From positions 124,001 to 188,000 of the IMG/VR virus record IMGVR_UViG_3300030385_002649: a stretch of 64,000 nt of DNA; one strand, given 5' to 3'. A program made the translations under genes and the position numbers. The notes beneath the pieces are model-generated. The model searched no databases and had not been told where the DNA came from. It saw only the letters and a program-made list of their open reading frames with translations. Shown piece by piece: positions 49,717 through 59,120 of this stretch. How positions within the stretch are numbered: position 1 is the first letter of the stretch; every line of letters begins with the position of its first letter.

Positions 49717-51779
49717 GCCACGATAGACTTGAAATTAGTGTAGTCATCAGCTTCGCTCAACTGATCCCACTGAACTTTGTTAAAGTTGGACACCAGACTG
49801 TTCCATCTTTCAACGTCAGCTTCGGTTTCTACGCGCTCCATCGGAGCTTGGTCGTAAATCTTGTCTCCCTTTTTGGGCAGGAGACTAACACCCGAAAACC
49901 AGTTGCGATTATCGAAGATGTACTTTGCCACGTCACCCCACTCGTCGTCCGCAACCTGAACGGTATTGCTAACGTTGTGAGTTAAGTTAGGGCTAGAGTC
50001 TGGTCTAGCAGTTCCTGGTAGAACCCAATTTTCATAAGTGCTTTTCACTTTTTCTAAGAACTGCAGAGCTGACAGATCGTTTTTGAAGATGGCCGTCTCT
50101 GGCACTTCAATGCAGAAGGTGATAACATCATCGTTTTCTCCCCACATTGATCTTTCTACAGCCTGAGGATTCCAAAGTTTAAAGAACTGTAGAGGCTGCT
50201 CGATTGTATTGCTTTGAATCCTGCGGAAATAGCGCTGGGCGTGGTGAGGGTGAATGCCAGAAGCTGTTTCTAGGATAACTGACGAGTTTCCAGAGGGCTT
50301 GGTGCACGTTACTCTTGCGGCTTGTTCGATTCCGAGTTTTACTGCGAACTCTTTGTTGACCTGAACAGCATATTCTGCCATTTCTCTCTGTAGCGCTGGG
50401 TTTAGCAAGACGTCAGGGTTTTCCATCCATCCAGTAATAGAAACACCGAGAAGACGTTCACGCCTAATAATGCGGCGACTCGTGTCTGTTAGATAATGAA
50501 AATAGGAGAACCCAGCTTGCAGCGTGCCAATAATCGTGGCGGCTTTCACAGCGTTCTTCCAATCCTTCTTATCCTTGATCTTCCCGCCATTGATTTCTGT
50601 TAGGTTACAAACCTGCCAACCAGTCTCCCCGGTCTCTTCATCAATTGGGTTTAGACCAATCTCAACGCAAGGATTGTGGCCGTAGTTCAGATCGTCTAGG
50701 AACACGAATCCGGGCTCGCCAAAGTTTTTGGCAGCGTCAATAATCTGTTGGAACTGCTCTTCTTTACAATCAGCCCTCAGTAGCGCTACGCTGTTATTAG
50801 ACCGAGCGCGCCAAGGCATAATGTTGAACCACGAAATGTAGACTTCTTCACCCTGGGCCGGTTCTTCTTTTTCGGCATTTTTGAGATTTACAGCTACGCC
50901 AAATTCAGTAAGCCAAGTACCGTCTTTTCTCTTGCTAGAAAGGACCTTGCCCTTAGAACAGAAAGTCTTAGACGACATCATTTCTTCATCATCAAAAGAG
51001 AAGATAGCAATTGTAGCGGAGCGTCTTATTCCTCCAGCTAACACAGCGTCTGCTGCCATCATGATTGTATCGTAAACTTGGATTGGGCGGAGTTTTGTCT
51101 GACCAGCTTCTACCGCTTCTCTCAGCAATTTCTTGATCCGCTTTAAAGCAATCCTTAGTGGTCTGGCTCCTGGCGCTCTTCCACCTGATGTTTTAAGCCA
51201 TGAGCCTTTACGTCGAATCCGGGAGAAGTCGAAAAAGACTTCCTTACCAGAAATGGGAGAGCCTTTAAAGAAAGAGTTCGTTAGAATATCTAAGGCGTCA
51301 GCCCATCCTTCAATCGTATCTCCTACTGTATAAGTGAAAACCTCTTTCTCGTCTGGGGTTTGGTGTTCGATTAATTGTGGCAGGTTGGCGATGTGTTGTT
51401 TTTGTACGCTGAATCCAACTCCGATGCCGGATAGGAGCATCCATAGTGATTCACTGAAAAACCTTTGGCGGTCTGCTAGAGTGTACGCGCAATTGTACAT
51501 TCTTGCGTCGTTTACTAGGATAGCTTCTCCACCGAATTGCATCGATCGCATCGATGGGAGGCAGATTTTTTCTCTTACTTGGCTAAAAGCCCATTCGATT
51601 TCTTCTTCTACTCCTTTAGCGGCATACCTGAAAAGGTGCATATCTTTAACACGGTCGATTGTCTCGTCCCAAGTCTCTCTGCGTTTCTTCTTGTGGTCGT
51701 ATCTTGCATACCTAGTAATGAAATTGTACTCGCTCATGTCTTGGATTTGGTTAGACTTGAGTAGTTTCATTGCGCCCAT
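49671..51779 (-). CDS. nrdJ: Class II (adenosylcobalamin-dependent) ribonucleotide reductase, monomeric RTPR-type
   Basis: RETW, PSMRSMQFGG, NCA, GIGVGFS, RRSA, NPCVEI, CNLTEIN, KPSG, C-terminal ACAGGACE. Confidence 0.9.
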   Translation of the reverse strand: MGAMKLLKSNQIQDMSEYNFITRYARYDHKKKRRETWDETIDRVKDMHLFRYAAKGVEEEIEWAFSQVREKICLPSMRSMQFGGEAILVNDARMYNCAYTLADRQRFFSESLWMLLSGIGVGFSVQKQHIANLPQLIEHQTPDEKEVFTYTVGDTIEGWADALDILTNSFFKGSPISGKEVFFDFSRIRRKGSWLKTSGGRAPGARPLRIALKRIKKLLREAVEAGQTKLRPIQVYDTIMMAADAVLAGGIRRSATIAIFSFDDEEMMSSKTFCSKGKVLSSKRKDGTWLTEFGVAVNLKNAEKEEPAQGEEVYISWFNIMPWRARSNNSVALLRADCKEEQFQQIIDAAKNFGEPGFVFLDDLNYGHNPCVEIGLNPIDEETGETGWQVCNLTEINGGKIKDKKDWKNAVKAATIIGTLQAGFSYFHYLTDTSRRIIRRERLLGVSITGWMENPDVLLNPALQREMAEYAVQVNKEFAVKLGIEQAARVTCTKPSGNSSVILETASGIHPHHAQRYFRRIQSNTIEQPLQFFKLWNPQAVERSMWGENDDVITFCIEVPETAIFKNDLSALQFLEKVKSTYENWVLPGTARPDSSPNLTHNVSNTVQVADDEWGDVAKYIFDNRNWFSGVSLLPKKGDKIYDQAPMERVETEADVERWNSLVSNFNKVQWDQLSEADDYTNFKSIVACAGGACEEDFSQRK

Positions 51780-51782
51780 ACT

Positions 51783-52454
51783 TTATTTCCTTAATGTCTT
51801 TAGCATTCTTAAGTTATTGCCCATAATCTCTTTAGCGACGGGTGCTATGTCAGGATCCATGAGAACATGAGTGCAAATCCTGAGAAGTTCGAAGTTAGTT
51901 GGTAGATCAGACCTGAATTCGGGTGGTATTCTATTAATGGCTTTGATGCAGGGCGCGCTCAAAGCCATGTATACCTCAGTTATGTAGTCTAGATTGTACC
52001 AATATACGACGTTGGGTATTCCGTTTAACTCGTTTGGGTTTTTAAGAATGTGAATAGAGATATCTTTGCCGCCTACCTGGTCTAGTAAAAACTGATGACA
52101 AGATCGTATTTCTCTAATTACAGAAGATTCATCGTTCATCATGTTGACAATGCTATGATGGCAGATATCTGCAATATTCGAAAGAGAAAGGATCTGAGTG
52201 CCTTTATTTAACAAGTCCTCGCGTTTAGCGTAGGCGACCATGTCATATACTAAAGCTTTCATGACTTTATCGTCAATCTCTAACTCGTTGGTGCAACGAG
52301 TGACAAAAGCTTTAGTCCATCTGAATTGATAAGTCTTTGTCGGATCTGAACATCTTGGAAAATTAGTCTTCCTACCAGCAATTTTCATCGCGGCTTGAAA
52401 CCATTCATAGACAGTAAATACCTGAGAGTCGGCGATTTCAAGTTTATCAGACAT
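51783..52454 (-). CDS. Hypothetical protein
   Basis: 223-aa ORF upstream of nrdJ. Confidence 0.55.
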   Translation of the reverse strand: MSDKLEIADSQVFTVYEWFQAAMKIAGRKTNFPRCSDPTKTYQFRWTKAFVTRCTNELEIDDKVMKALVYDMVAYAKREDLLNKGTQILSLSNIADICHHSIVNMMNDESSVIREIRSCHQFLLDQVGGKDISIHILKNPNELNGIPNVVYWYNLDYITEVYMALSAPCIKAINRIPPEFRSDLPTNFELLRICTHVLMDPDIAPVAKEIMGNNLRMLKTLRK

Positions 52455-52477
52455 GCCCGCTCACATACTGAGGAAAA

Positions 52478-52783
52478 ATGAGTTTAACTGCTGAGCCTAT
52501 GATCAATGAAGAAGAAGTTGTCGAGCCTAAAGACCGCGATGTCGAGTTGGTAGATGATTTCGAAGACGAGTCAGGCAACGTCCAACTAAGCCTAGAAGAC
52601 TTGACTGGCATGATGTTAAGTCACCCTTCTGTAAAACAAGCTATGGTCATCCTGATTTCCGATGACCACGACGTAGTAGAGTTTAAGGGACACTTCTATG
52701 ACAATGCTGCCCTTTTGTCAGGGATTATGAAAGACTACAAAGCCAAGATCTACTCAGAAATCTTCTCAGACAGAGAAGACTAA
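52478..52783 (+). CDS. Small acidic hypothetical protein
   Basis: GAGG RBS, 101 aa. Confidence 0.55.
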   Translation: MSLTAEPMINEEEVVEPKDRDVELVDDFEDESGNVQLSLEDLTGMMLSHPSVKQAMVILISDDHDVVEFKGHFYDNAALLSGIMKDYKAKIYSEIFSDRED

Positions 52784-54426
52784 GTCTTAGGCTTATCGCC
52801 GTAGATTTTAATCTGCAGGTCACCCAAAGTAATCAGTTCGTCGAAACCAACCTGATTGTCAGGAGCGGTTATAGAGCCTTCGCTAGATTGAAGGATGTCG
52901 TCCACTGGTTCCTTGATATTGATATACTTAACGCCATCTAGCGACTGCAACAAATCGTTGAGTTGCGACAAGTATAATGGCTGGCCAAGATCGAAACTGG
53001 ACTGGCTAAAGAACTCATCGACAGCCACGTTCACTCGGTCTCTAATCAACGATGGATCATAGCTGCGATCAACAATCACATTAGCTTTAAATGTGATAGG
53101 CTTGATCGCAGCGTCCACAACTCTAACTTCATCAGTCAGAACATTAATATCTTCCAAAGAAGACTGCAGGGCTTGCTTGAGACCAAGGCTTGACAGCACT
53201 GGGATGTCATCCGGCCCAGCGGCCAAAATGTGAGTAAACACAATATTAGCATTTAGGGATGTCTTGACAGTCGCCACCGATTTTAGGACGCTACCAAACA
53301 CTGGGTGAGAGAATTCTCTCGAAAGAATAGCATAGTCTTCACCACTAGTCGCGGACCCTAGAGTTGCTGATTCTTTAGGCGCTCTAACCTTAGCTTCTTG
53401 AATTGTTTCCTTGTTGGTTCCGCCGTTAGAAGCGGACGGATTTCTAAACAAGACCTCCACAGCCGCCGAAGCTGGAGCCTCAGGGGTGATCGGCCTAGTC
53501 TCGTTGATGGTCTTTGGAGAGATCCGTCCTCTGACGCCGCCCCCGAACCTATAATTGAGATTTCCAATTTGTCCGGCTAGCAACGCTTTCCCGGCTTTAT
53601 CGTCTCCGAATCTGACAGTCATCCTGTCTTCTGAGAATCTTACTTCGAAGACCTCATCATTAGGACCTGATTTCTCAAGAGTGTCGACTTTTTTCCATCT
53701 AGTGGTCTGAGCACCAGTTTGGACGTCGAGAGTGATTGGGTCACTGAGGATGGTCGTACCGAGCACTTCTACTGACTGATTTGGCCCTCCTGCCGATTCG
53801 AACACGAATGGCGTGGCAAATTGGCCTTCGATGCCAAACCCGATGATCCCTCGTGATCCCGGAAATATCGAAATCGGGCTAGTAAAGTCATTGGGCGCTC
53901 TGAACAGCTCGTAGATCAGAGGGTTGCCGTCTGCGCCGAGGATATTAAACCTTACGCCAGACGGGATGTTTACTGTGGTAGCGACTTCCGAGCCTAGAGA
54001 CACTTCAATATCAACGACAGCTGGAGTCTGCCTTTGGAATTCGTTGTTGATAAGTTCTAGGTGTTGACTGACTGCTGTTTCTGTTTGTGCGGTTGGCAAG
54101 AACGCCTCATCCGCTATAATATCGCTTCTTTGGGACAACAAGTCGGCCAGATAACTAACAAGTTCAACGAGCATGATGACGCCGTTGCTGCTAATAAAAT
54201 CGTTGAATAATTCTGGGAAGTAAGTTCTGATATATTCAATTAACGCTCGACGCATCTCTTCGAACTCTAGAGCGCTAAAATCGATTCTTCTAAGGTTAGG
54301 CGGATCTAGAACAACGCCGAACTCGTCTGGATCAATTGGAAGATTGAAGAACGTGTTGACAGGCGCTGTGTTCCCACTTGGAACTCTTACAGTTTCTTGT
54401 GTAGTAATGCTGCTAGCCATTATCAA
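52780..54426 (-). CDS. gp6: Baseplate wedge protein, T4 gp6 / Baseplate J-like
   Basis: IDFSALEFEE.R..LI.YI, NDF..S..G.MLVEL, EAFL.TA, VRFGDD..G, GG...ETI.E.K..AP, EDY. Confidence 0.9.
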   Translation of the reverse strand: MIMASSITTQETVRVPSGNTAPVNTFFNLPIDPDEFGVVLDPPNLRRIDFSALEFEEMRRALIEYIRTYFPELFNDFISSNGVIMLVELVSYLADLLSQRSDIIADEAFLPTAQTETAVSQHLELINNEFQRQTPAVVDIEVSLGSEVATTVNIPSGVRFNILGADGNPLIYELFRAPNDFTSPISIFPGSRGIIGFGIEGQFATPFVFESAGGPNQSVEVLGTTILSDPITLDVQTGAQTTRWKKVDTLEKSGPNDEVFEVRFSEDRMTVRFGDDKAGKALLAGQIGNLNYRFGGGVRGRISPKTINETRPITPEAPASAAVEVLFRNPSASNGGTNKETIQEAKVRAPKESATLGSATSGEDYAILSREFSHPVFGSVLKSVATVKTSLNANIVFTHILAAGPDDIPVLSSLGLKQALQSSLEDINVLTDEVRVVDAAIKPITFKANVIVDRSYDPSLIRDRVNVAVDEFFSQSSFDLGQPLYLSQLNDLLQSLDGVKYINIKEPVDDILQSSEGSITAPDNQVGFDELITLGDLQIKIYGDKPKT

Positions 54427-54847
54427 CTCCTAATGATCTAATTGGTGTAGAACCAAAGTTTCCCTTCGGAGCCACAAATTCAGCTTCAATCGGGAACACA
54501 GTTCGATTTGGGTCGCTCCTAAGATAAACTAGGACAGTAACTGTCATGTTGTTAGAGTCTGGATTAGAGTTAATGATGACATCCCTTACCCCTACTCTAG
54601 ACTCACTGGTCTCTATTGCTTGAAAGACCTGATTTCTCAAGTTTCCCGCCGTGAAACTATCATCCGGCTCGAACGGAGTGGTCCGAATGGGCGTGCCAAA
54701 GTTTGGACGCATCACTCTTTCCTTTAACCCAGTCAATAAAAGCTGCAAAATATCGTTCTTTATCAGTCTAATATCCGTCTGGGGAGGCAGAACTTCCGAT
54801 TCTGTAAGAAAAGGTGGGTTGAACCCGAACCATTGTGTAATTCTCAT
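54413..54847 (-). CDS. gp25: Baseplate protein gp25-like
   Basis: IKNDILQLLLT..KERVMRPNFGT......FEP, E.RV. Confidence 0.9.
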   Translation of the reverse strand: MRITQWFGFNPPFLTESEVLPPQTDIRLIKNDILQLLLTGLKERVMRPNFGTPIRTTPFEPDDSFTAGNLRNQVFQAIETSESRVGVRDVIINSNPDSNNMTVTVLVYLRSDPNRTVFPIEAEFVAPKGNFGSTPIRSLGVDNG

Positions 54848-55578
54848 CGTACAAACTCCGAGACGCGCCTGATAGACTCCGTGATGCTCTTCAGATCGTC
54901 ACGGATGGCGTTGCGATCCGAAATAAGTTGTTCACGGTCCGTCTCAAGAACTACCAAAGTCTCTAACAACTTCTGATAAATCTCGTTTGGATCTGTTAGG
55001 TCTCCGTCGCTGATTCCAAAGACGGTCCGCGTTGCTTTGATAGCCTTGTTAGTCTCGTTAATCTTTTTCTGATTCTCAACAATCGATGTTTCAAGGTCGC
55101 TGGCTTCAGTGTTTTTCTGATTGAACTCGCCTTCTAATTCAACTTGTTTATCTTCCGATCCTTCGACTAAGGAGTTAATTTCATCCTCGTCTAAACCCAA
55201 AGATTCAAGATCCAAGATGTTAGTGTTGTGTTGGATATCTAACGACTTTGGAGATTGTAATGGCAGGATTTCTTGTTCTGGCGGGTTAACGTCGAACGTC
55301 AATGTTTCACCTAGCTCAAATTGCTTGATATTAGAACCTGGGTTCGACCTACTGTTTTTGGTTACAGTATAAACAAGCTCTCCGAACTGTTCCCTACGTT
55401 CTCTATCAGTAAAAACACGTTCTGGATTTGGTTGCAGTTCTTCCGCTACTGGCAATTGTGTCAATCTAACAGGAGACCTTGGAGGATCTTCTGTAGAAAT
55501 CAACCAAGTAATATCTCCTGATTGGGTGCCGGTTGGGATTACCGGCTTATACAATCCAGTTGGAAAACGTATGATCAT
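54844..55578 (-). CDS. Hypothetical baseplate-region protein with C-terminal coiled coil
   Basis: Between gp5 and gp25. Confidence 0.55.
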   Translation of the reverse strand: MIIRFPTGLYKPVIPTGTQSGDITWLISTEDPPRSPVRLTQLPVAEELQPNPERVFTDRERREQFGELVYTVTKNSRSNPGSNIKQFELGETLTFDVNPPEQEILPLQSPKSLDIQHNTNILDLESLGLDEDEINSLVEGSEDKQVELEGEFNQKNTEASDLETSIVENQKKINETNKAIKATRTVFGISDGDLTDPNEIYQKLLETLVVLETDREQLISDRNAIRDDLKSITESIRRVSEFVR

Positions 55579-55587
55579 TCTTTATTT

Positions 55588-58185
55588 TTAAACGCCGGGG
55601 AATAGAGGAGGTGTAGTGAATTCGGCAGTTCCTATCTCAAACAATTCAATATTTCCATTAAATTCAAGATCCTCACTATAAGACAATACAGTGTCATCCC
55701 CTTCTACTGGTAATAACAGATCTGGGTTAGTGACGTTTCGGATTCTATAAATCGCTGCTACGTCACCGTATCTTCTCTGAGACAATACCGCTTGTTGGTT
55801 GCCGCGTGCCGTTTCTAGAGTTTTAGACAACCTTATTTCTGTAGCATCAACATTAGGAGGAAGGTTCAAAAGGTTAGCAAAAGAGTCTAGCTGCAACCCA
55901 AATTCTTCGATTTCAGCCTTAAACTTGTTCGAAACTCCAAACCAAAGCACTCCTCCTCCGCCTGGGTTAGCATCCTCAATCGGATCGATTGGTGGCGCTG
56001 GGATCGGAGGAACTGGTGCGCCTGGGCCATCCGGTGCGTTCGGAGATGGATCTGGTGGGTTCGAAGGCGTTTGGCCTCCGCCACCGCCTCCTCCGCCGCC
56101 GCCCGGAGGACTAATAATAACTTCGGTAGGAACATCGCCCTTCTGATCCTTAACATCGTCGCACCCGCGCTCTTTGTCAAAATCATCAGGCTTCTTACGA
56201 GTGATCTCCTTTTCTTTTGGCTTACATGGGTTGCCGGGCTTGGTCGCGTTGGCTCCTGCGCCTGAGCCTGCGAAAGCTCCGCCAGGTTGGTACGCGCAAC
56301 CCATTTGAGGGTGGAACCCCTCTAGCCTTGCGCCTTGAATGGTTTTGGATGTTCCGATTCCGCTAGCATCGATTTTATGAGTAGCCCCGTTAGTCGACAT
56401 CTCAATAGTTTTAGAAGTTAGACCGATTTGGCCTTTCTCCGCTTTTAGGCAGATGTCGCCATCGTCAGATATTAATTCAATACTCTTTTTAGCTCTGATT
56501 TGGATCTTGCCGATTTCATTTCTCAGGACGATAACGTCATCGTTATCATCAAGAAGGAGCCATTTAGCGCCTTTCTTGCCTCGGAGAACAGTGAAGTTGT
56601 CTTTGGCGGAGAACCACAAGGCCCTATTTTCACGATCCCTAGTCTCAACCCATTCTCCGCATGGAGCGTCTTGATCGCGCATCTCGATGCCAGCGCCCTC
56701 TGGAGTCTTCAATCTGACCATACAATTCTTCTTATCAAGAATCAAATGATACGTGTTGCTGGCGGGGTCGTGACGTTGACCACTGCTCTGAGTATAAATT
56801 GACTTAGTTCTCTCCATACTCTTAAGAGATTTAGGGTTAGGCTCTGTGTGAAGTTCGCCAGCGGATTGAGTCGCCATCATGCAATAATCGAAACGATCAT
56901 TTAATTCGAAAACTTGATCCTTTGGTGTAACAAAAAGCATGTGATCGAGTTCTGTCTTATCAACAGCTTGAATTGCAAATCCCTTACGCGTTCTGAGTAA
57001 CCACCCATTTCCATGAGGCGTGGCTTTACCTTCAGCGTCAATTGGATCAGAGCCTCTGTCATCTAGAATTAAAGTGTTACCATGACGTGTCTGGAGACGG
57101 ATCATCCGGCGATCTTCACCAAGTTCTTCTTCCTCGTCCATCTCCTCGCCGAATTCAGATTTGTTCAATCTCTTATAGAAGAGGTCTTTCTCAGCGTCGA
57201 AGCCAACATCCAGCATTTGGAATAAATGGCCGCCCTTACTCCGAATCTTAATCCAACGCTCGTCTCGATCTTTTGAATCTCCGATAGTCTTAACTGGGCC
57301 GTATTCTCCTGCTCTAGACTTATCCCAACCGACGTCTCGCATTTCCATCATGTGGCCAGCGCGAGTTCTGATTTCGATTCTTCTTTGGTCTCTTTCTTTG
57401 GCTTCTTGTTCGTTAAAGGCTTTTAGAAGGTATTTGTATCTGTCTACTTCAAAGTCTTTATCGTCTTCGAAGTTTCCTTTAAATTCTTCAAACCATTTAT
57501 AACCTTGGTCTCCCATGAAGAAATAATTGCCATATTTCGAACCCATAGTCACGTACTTGGTGTCAGGCTCGTTGTCTTTGGGTTGTGCTTCTGAGGCGTT
57601 GAAGGCTGACTTGGATAATGCATCAGTACCGACCGGGGCTGGTTTTACCTTGTGTTGCTTAGGAGAGAACCCAACAGAATTGAAATTGAACCAGTTGCCA
57701 TAACGATCACTAAATCCTGTGCTCTGTGGCCTACCGTCCTTTGGGAGATAGTCCTCTTCAAAGTCTTGAGGAGTTTCTGCTGGGGTTCCATCTTCTTTTA
57801 CAGCTTGCGGCGAGCGAGTATAAGTACTCCATAGGGAGTAAGACCTTCTTCTGGTCGGGTCGGCTGCCGCTGTCCAGATCGGTCCGTATGCATGATTCTT
57901 TTCGAAATTGATGAAGATGATATCGTCAATTTCTGGGTGCGTCCAGGACCCTGCGTTTCTACCGCCCATCCAAGGAGCCGGAACGGCCCAAGGAAGGTCT
58001 TCTGTTTTGACGTTGCTATCATGCAACTCTGGCATGCGAAATCTTACGCGTCTAAAGTTTAGAGGATCGTTAGTCTCTACGACTTCAGCGCGCCACCAGC
58101 CTGGGAATCGCTTCCACAGATCGTTGTTTCTGATTTCTTTGAATTTTCTAAAGGTTTTGAAGTTATTGTTTTCTAATTCACGCAT
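55588..58185 (-). CDS. gp5: Baseplate central spike gp5/VgrG-like with C-terminal extension
   Basis: OB fold RAEVVETNDPL...RVRFR.PELH..LPWA.P; beta repeats (IRTRAGH.MEM.D); Pro/Gly linker and an extra domain; no lysozyme motif seen. Confidence 0.85.
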   Translation of the reverse strand: MRELENNNFKTFRKFKEIRNNDLWKRFPGWWRAEVVETNDPLNFRRVRFRMPELHDSNVKTEDLPWAVPAPWMGGRNAGSWTHPEIDDIIFINFEKNHAYGPIWTAAADPTRRRSYSLWSTYTRSPQAVKEDGTPAETPQDFEEDYLPKDGRPQSTGFSDRYGNWFNFNSVGFSPKQHKVKPAPVGTDALSKSAFNASEAQPKDNEPDTKYVTMGSKYGNYFFMGDQGYKWFEEFKGNFEDDKDFEVDRYKYLLKAFNEQEAKERDQRRIEIRTRAGHMMEMRDVGWDKSRAGEYGPVKTIGDSKDRDERWIKIRSKGGHLFQMLDVGFDAEKDLFYKRLNKSEFGEEMDEEEELGEDRRMIRLQTRHGNTLILDDRGSDPIDAEGKATPHGNGWLLRTRKGFAIQAVDKTELDHMLFVTPKDQVFELNDRFDYCMMATQSAGELHTEPNPKSLKSMERTKSIYTQSSGQRHDPASNTYHLILDKKNCMVRLKTPEGAGIEMRDQDAPCGEWVETRDRENRALWFSAKDNFTVLRGKKGAKWLLLDDNDDVIVLRNEIGKIQIRAKKSIELISDDGDICLKAEKGQIGLTSKTIEMSTNGATHKIDASGIGTSKTIQGARLEGFHPQMGCAYQPGGAFAGSGAGANATKPGNPCKPKEKEITRKKPDDFDKERGCDDVKDQKGDVPTEVIISPPGGGGGGGGGGQTPSNPPDPSPNAPDGPGAPVPPIPAPPIDPIEDANPGGGGVLWFGVSNKFKAEIEEFGLQLDSFANLLNLPPNVDATEIRLSKTLETARGNQQAVLSQRRYGDVAAIYRIRNVTNPDLLLPVEGDDTVLSYSEDLEFNGNIELFEIGTAEFTTPPLFPGV

Positions 58186-58505
58186 TACAACTCAGCAAAG
58201 ACTACTGACGGTATTGGAAATTCAACTACTTGATTGTTTGTAGGCCAATTTAGAGGATTCTGCACATTGTTGAAAATGACTGCTATCCACATTAAGTCTA
58301 CATTACCATAAATTTCGTCTGCCAATAAATCAGGACGACCGGCCAGGTCCGGATTAATTACTATTTGTCCTATTTCGTCGCTTTTTAAATTATCTCTGCT
58401 TAAAAAGTCGTACTTTGTTGCAATACCATAAGTTTCACGACCATCCCGCGATAGGATTGGTACCGAATCAGAAAATCTCGAATTTGCTCTTGGGTCTACA
58501 GGCAT
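58185..58505 (-). CDS. Baseplate wedge gp53-like (LysM-type) protein
   Basis: GRPDLLADEIYG..LMWI...FN....P. Confidence 0.8.
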   Translation of the reverse strand: MPVDPRANSRFSDSVPILSRDGRETYGIATKYDFLSRDNLKSDEIGQIVINPDLAGRPDLLADEIYGNVDLMWIAVIFNNVQNPLNWPTNNQVVEFPIPSVVFAEL

Positions 58506-58508
58506 GTG

Positions 58509-59120
58509 TTAGTACCATTTTGGGGAAGGGAATTCTTTAAGATTAGAGAACTCATAATATGGGCTGTCTTGTTTCTTAACGTTCGTGACTAGTTCTAGGC
58601 TTAGAGAAATTTCAGTCACGAACGAATAAACAACATCATCTATAGTGATGTAAGTATCGCCAGGTTTTTCGGCCATGCTTATCCCGCGAAATGTGGCACC
58701 AACGCCAACAGCTGGAATATGTTCAAACATTTCTATCCTAAAAATTGGCATCTGAGAAGTGCTAGTTCCTTCTTTAAGATTAGCCGGATAGAAATAACCT
58801 CTAATATCCTTTACAATGTCAGAAATATTCTGAGTGTCCCATTTCACGCCATTTGAGGTGTGACCGGTTGCAACATATTGAAGTTTCAAGCTAACTTGAC
58901 GTACCGTAGAATCGAACCCAGCGACGATAGATTCATAGCCGAATGGGATAGCTTCATTGATAGTCCAATTTAGATTCTTAGAATCGTTGGTGATAAAAGG
59001 AGGAAATTGGAGAGGGATCTCCCCCCCGCGAAAATTGAACCCTGTGATTGGTTCAGACTCAACTTTAATCTTTACTCTCCGCACCAGATCATCATCGTTT
59101 GGTGTTAAACTAAAACTCAT
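58509..59120 (-). CDS. Probable tail tube initiator / gp48-gp54-like protein
   Basis: LQFPP.I.DSK..NW, RQVSLKL; lies between tape measure and gp53. Confidence 0.55.
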   Translation of the reverse strand: MSFSLTPNDDDLVRRVKIKVESEPITGFNFRGGEIPLQFPPFITNDSKNLNWTINEAIPFGYESIVAGFDSTVRQVSLKLQYVATGHTSNGVKWDTQNISDIVKDIRGYFYPANLKEGTSTSQMPIFRIEMFEHIPAVGVGATFRGISMAEKPGDTYITIDDVVYSFVTEISLSLELVTNVKKQDSPYYEFSNLKEFPSPKWY

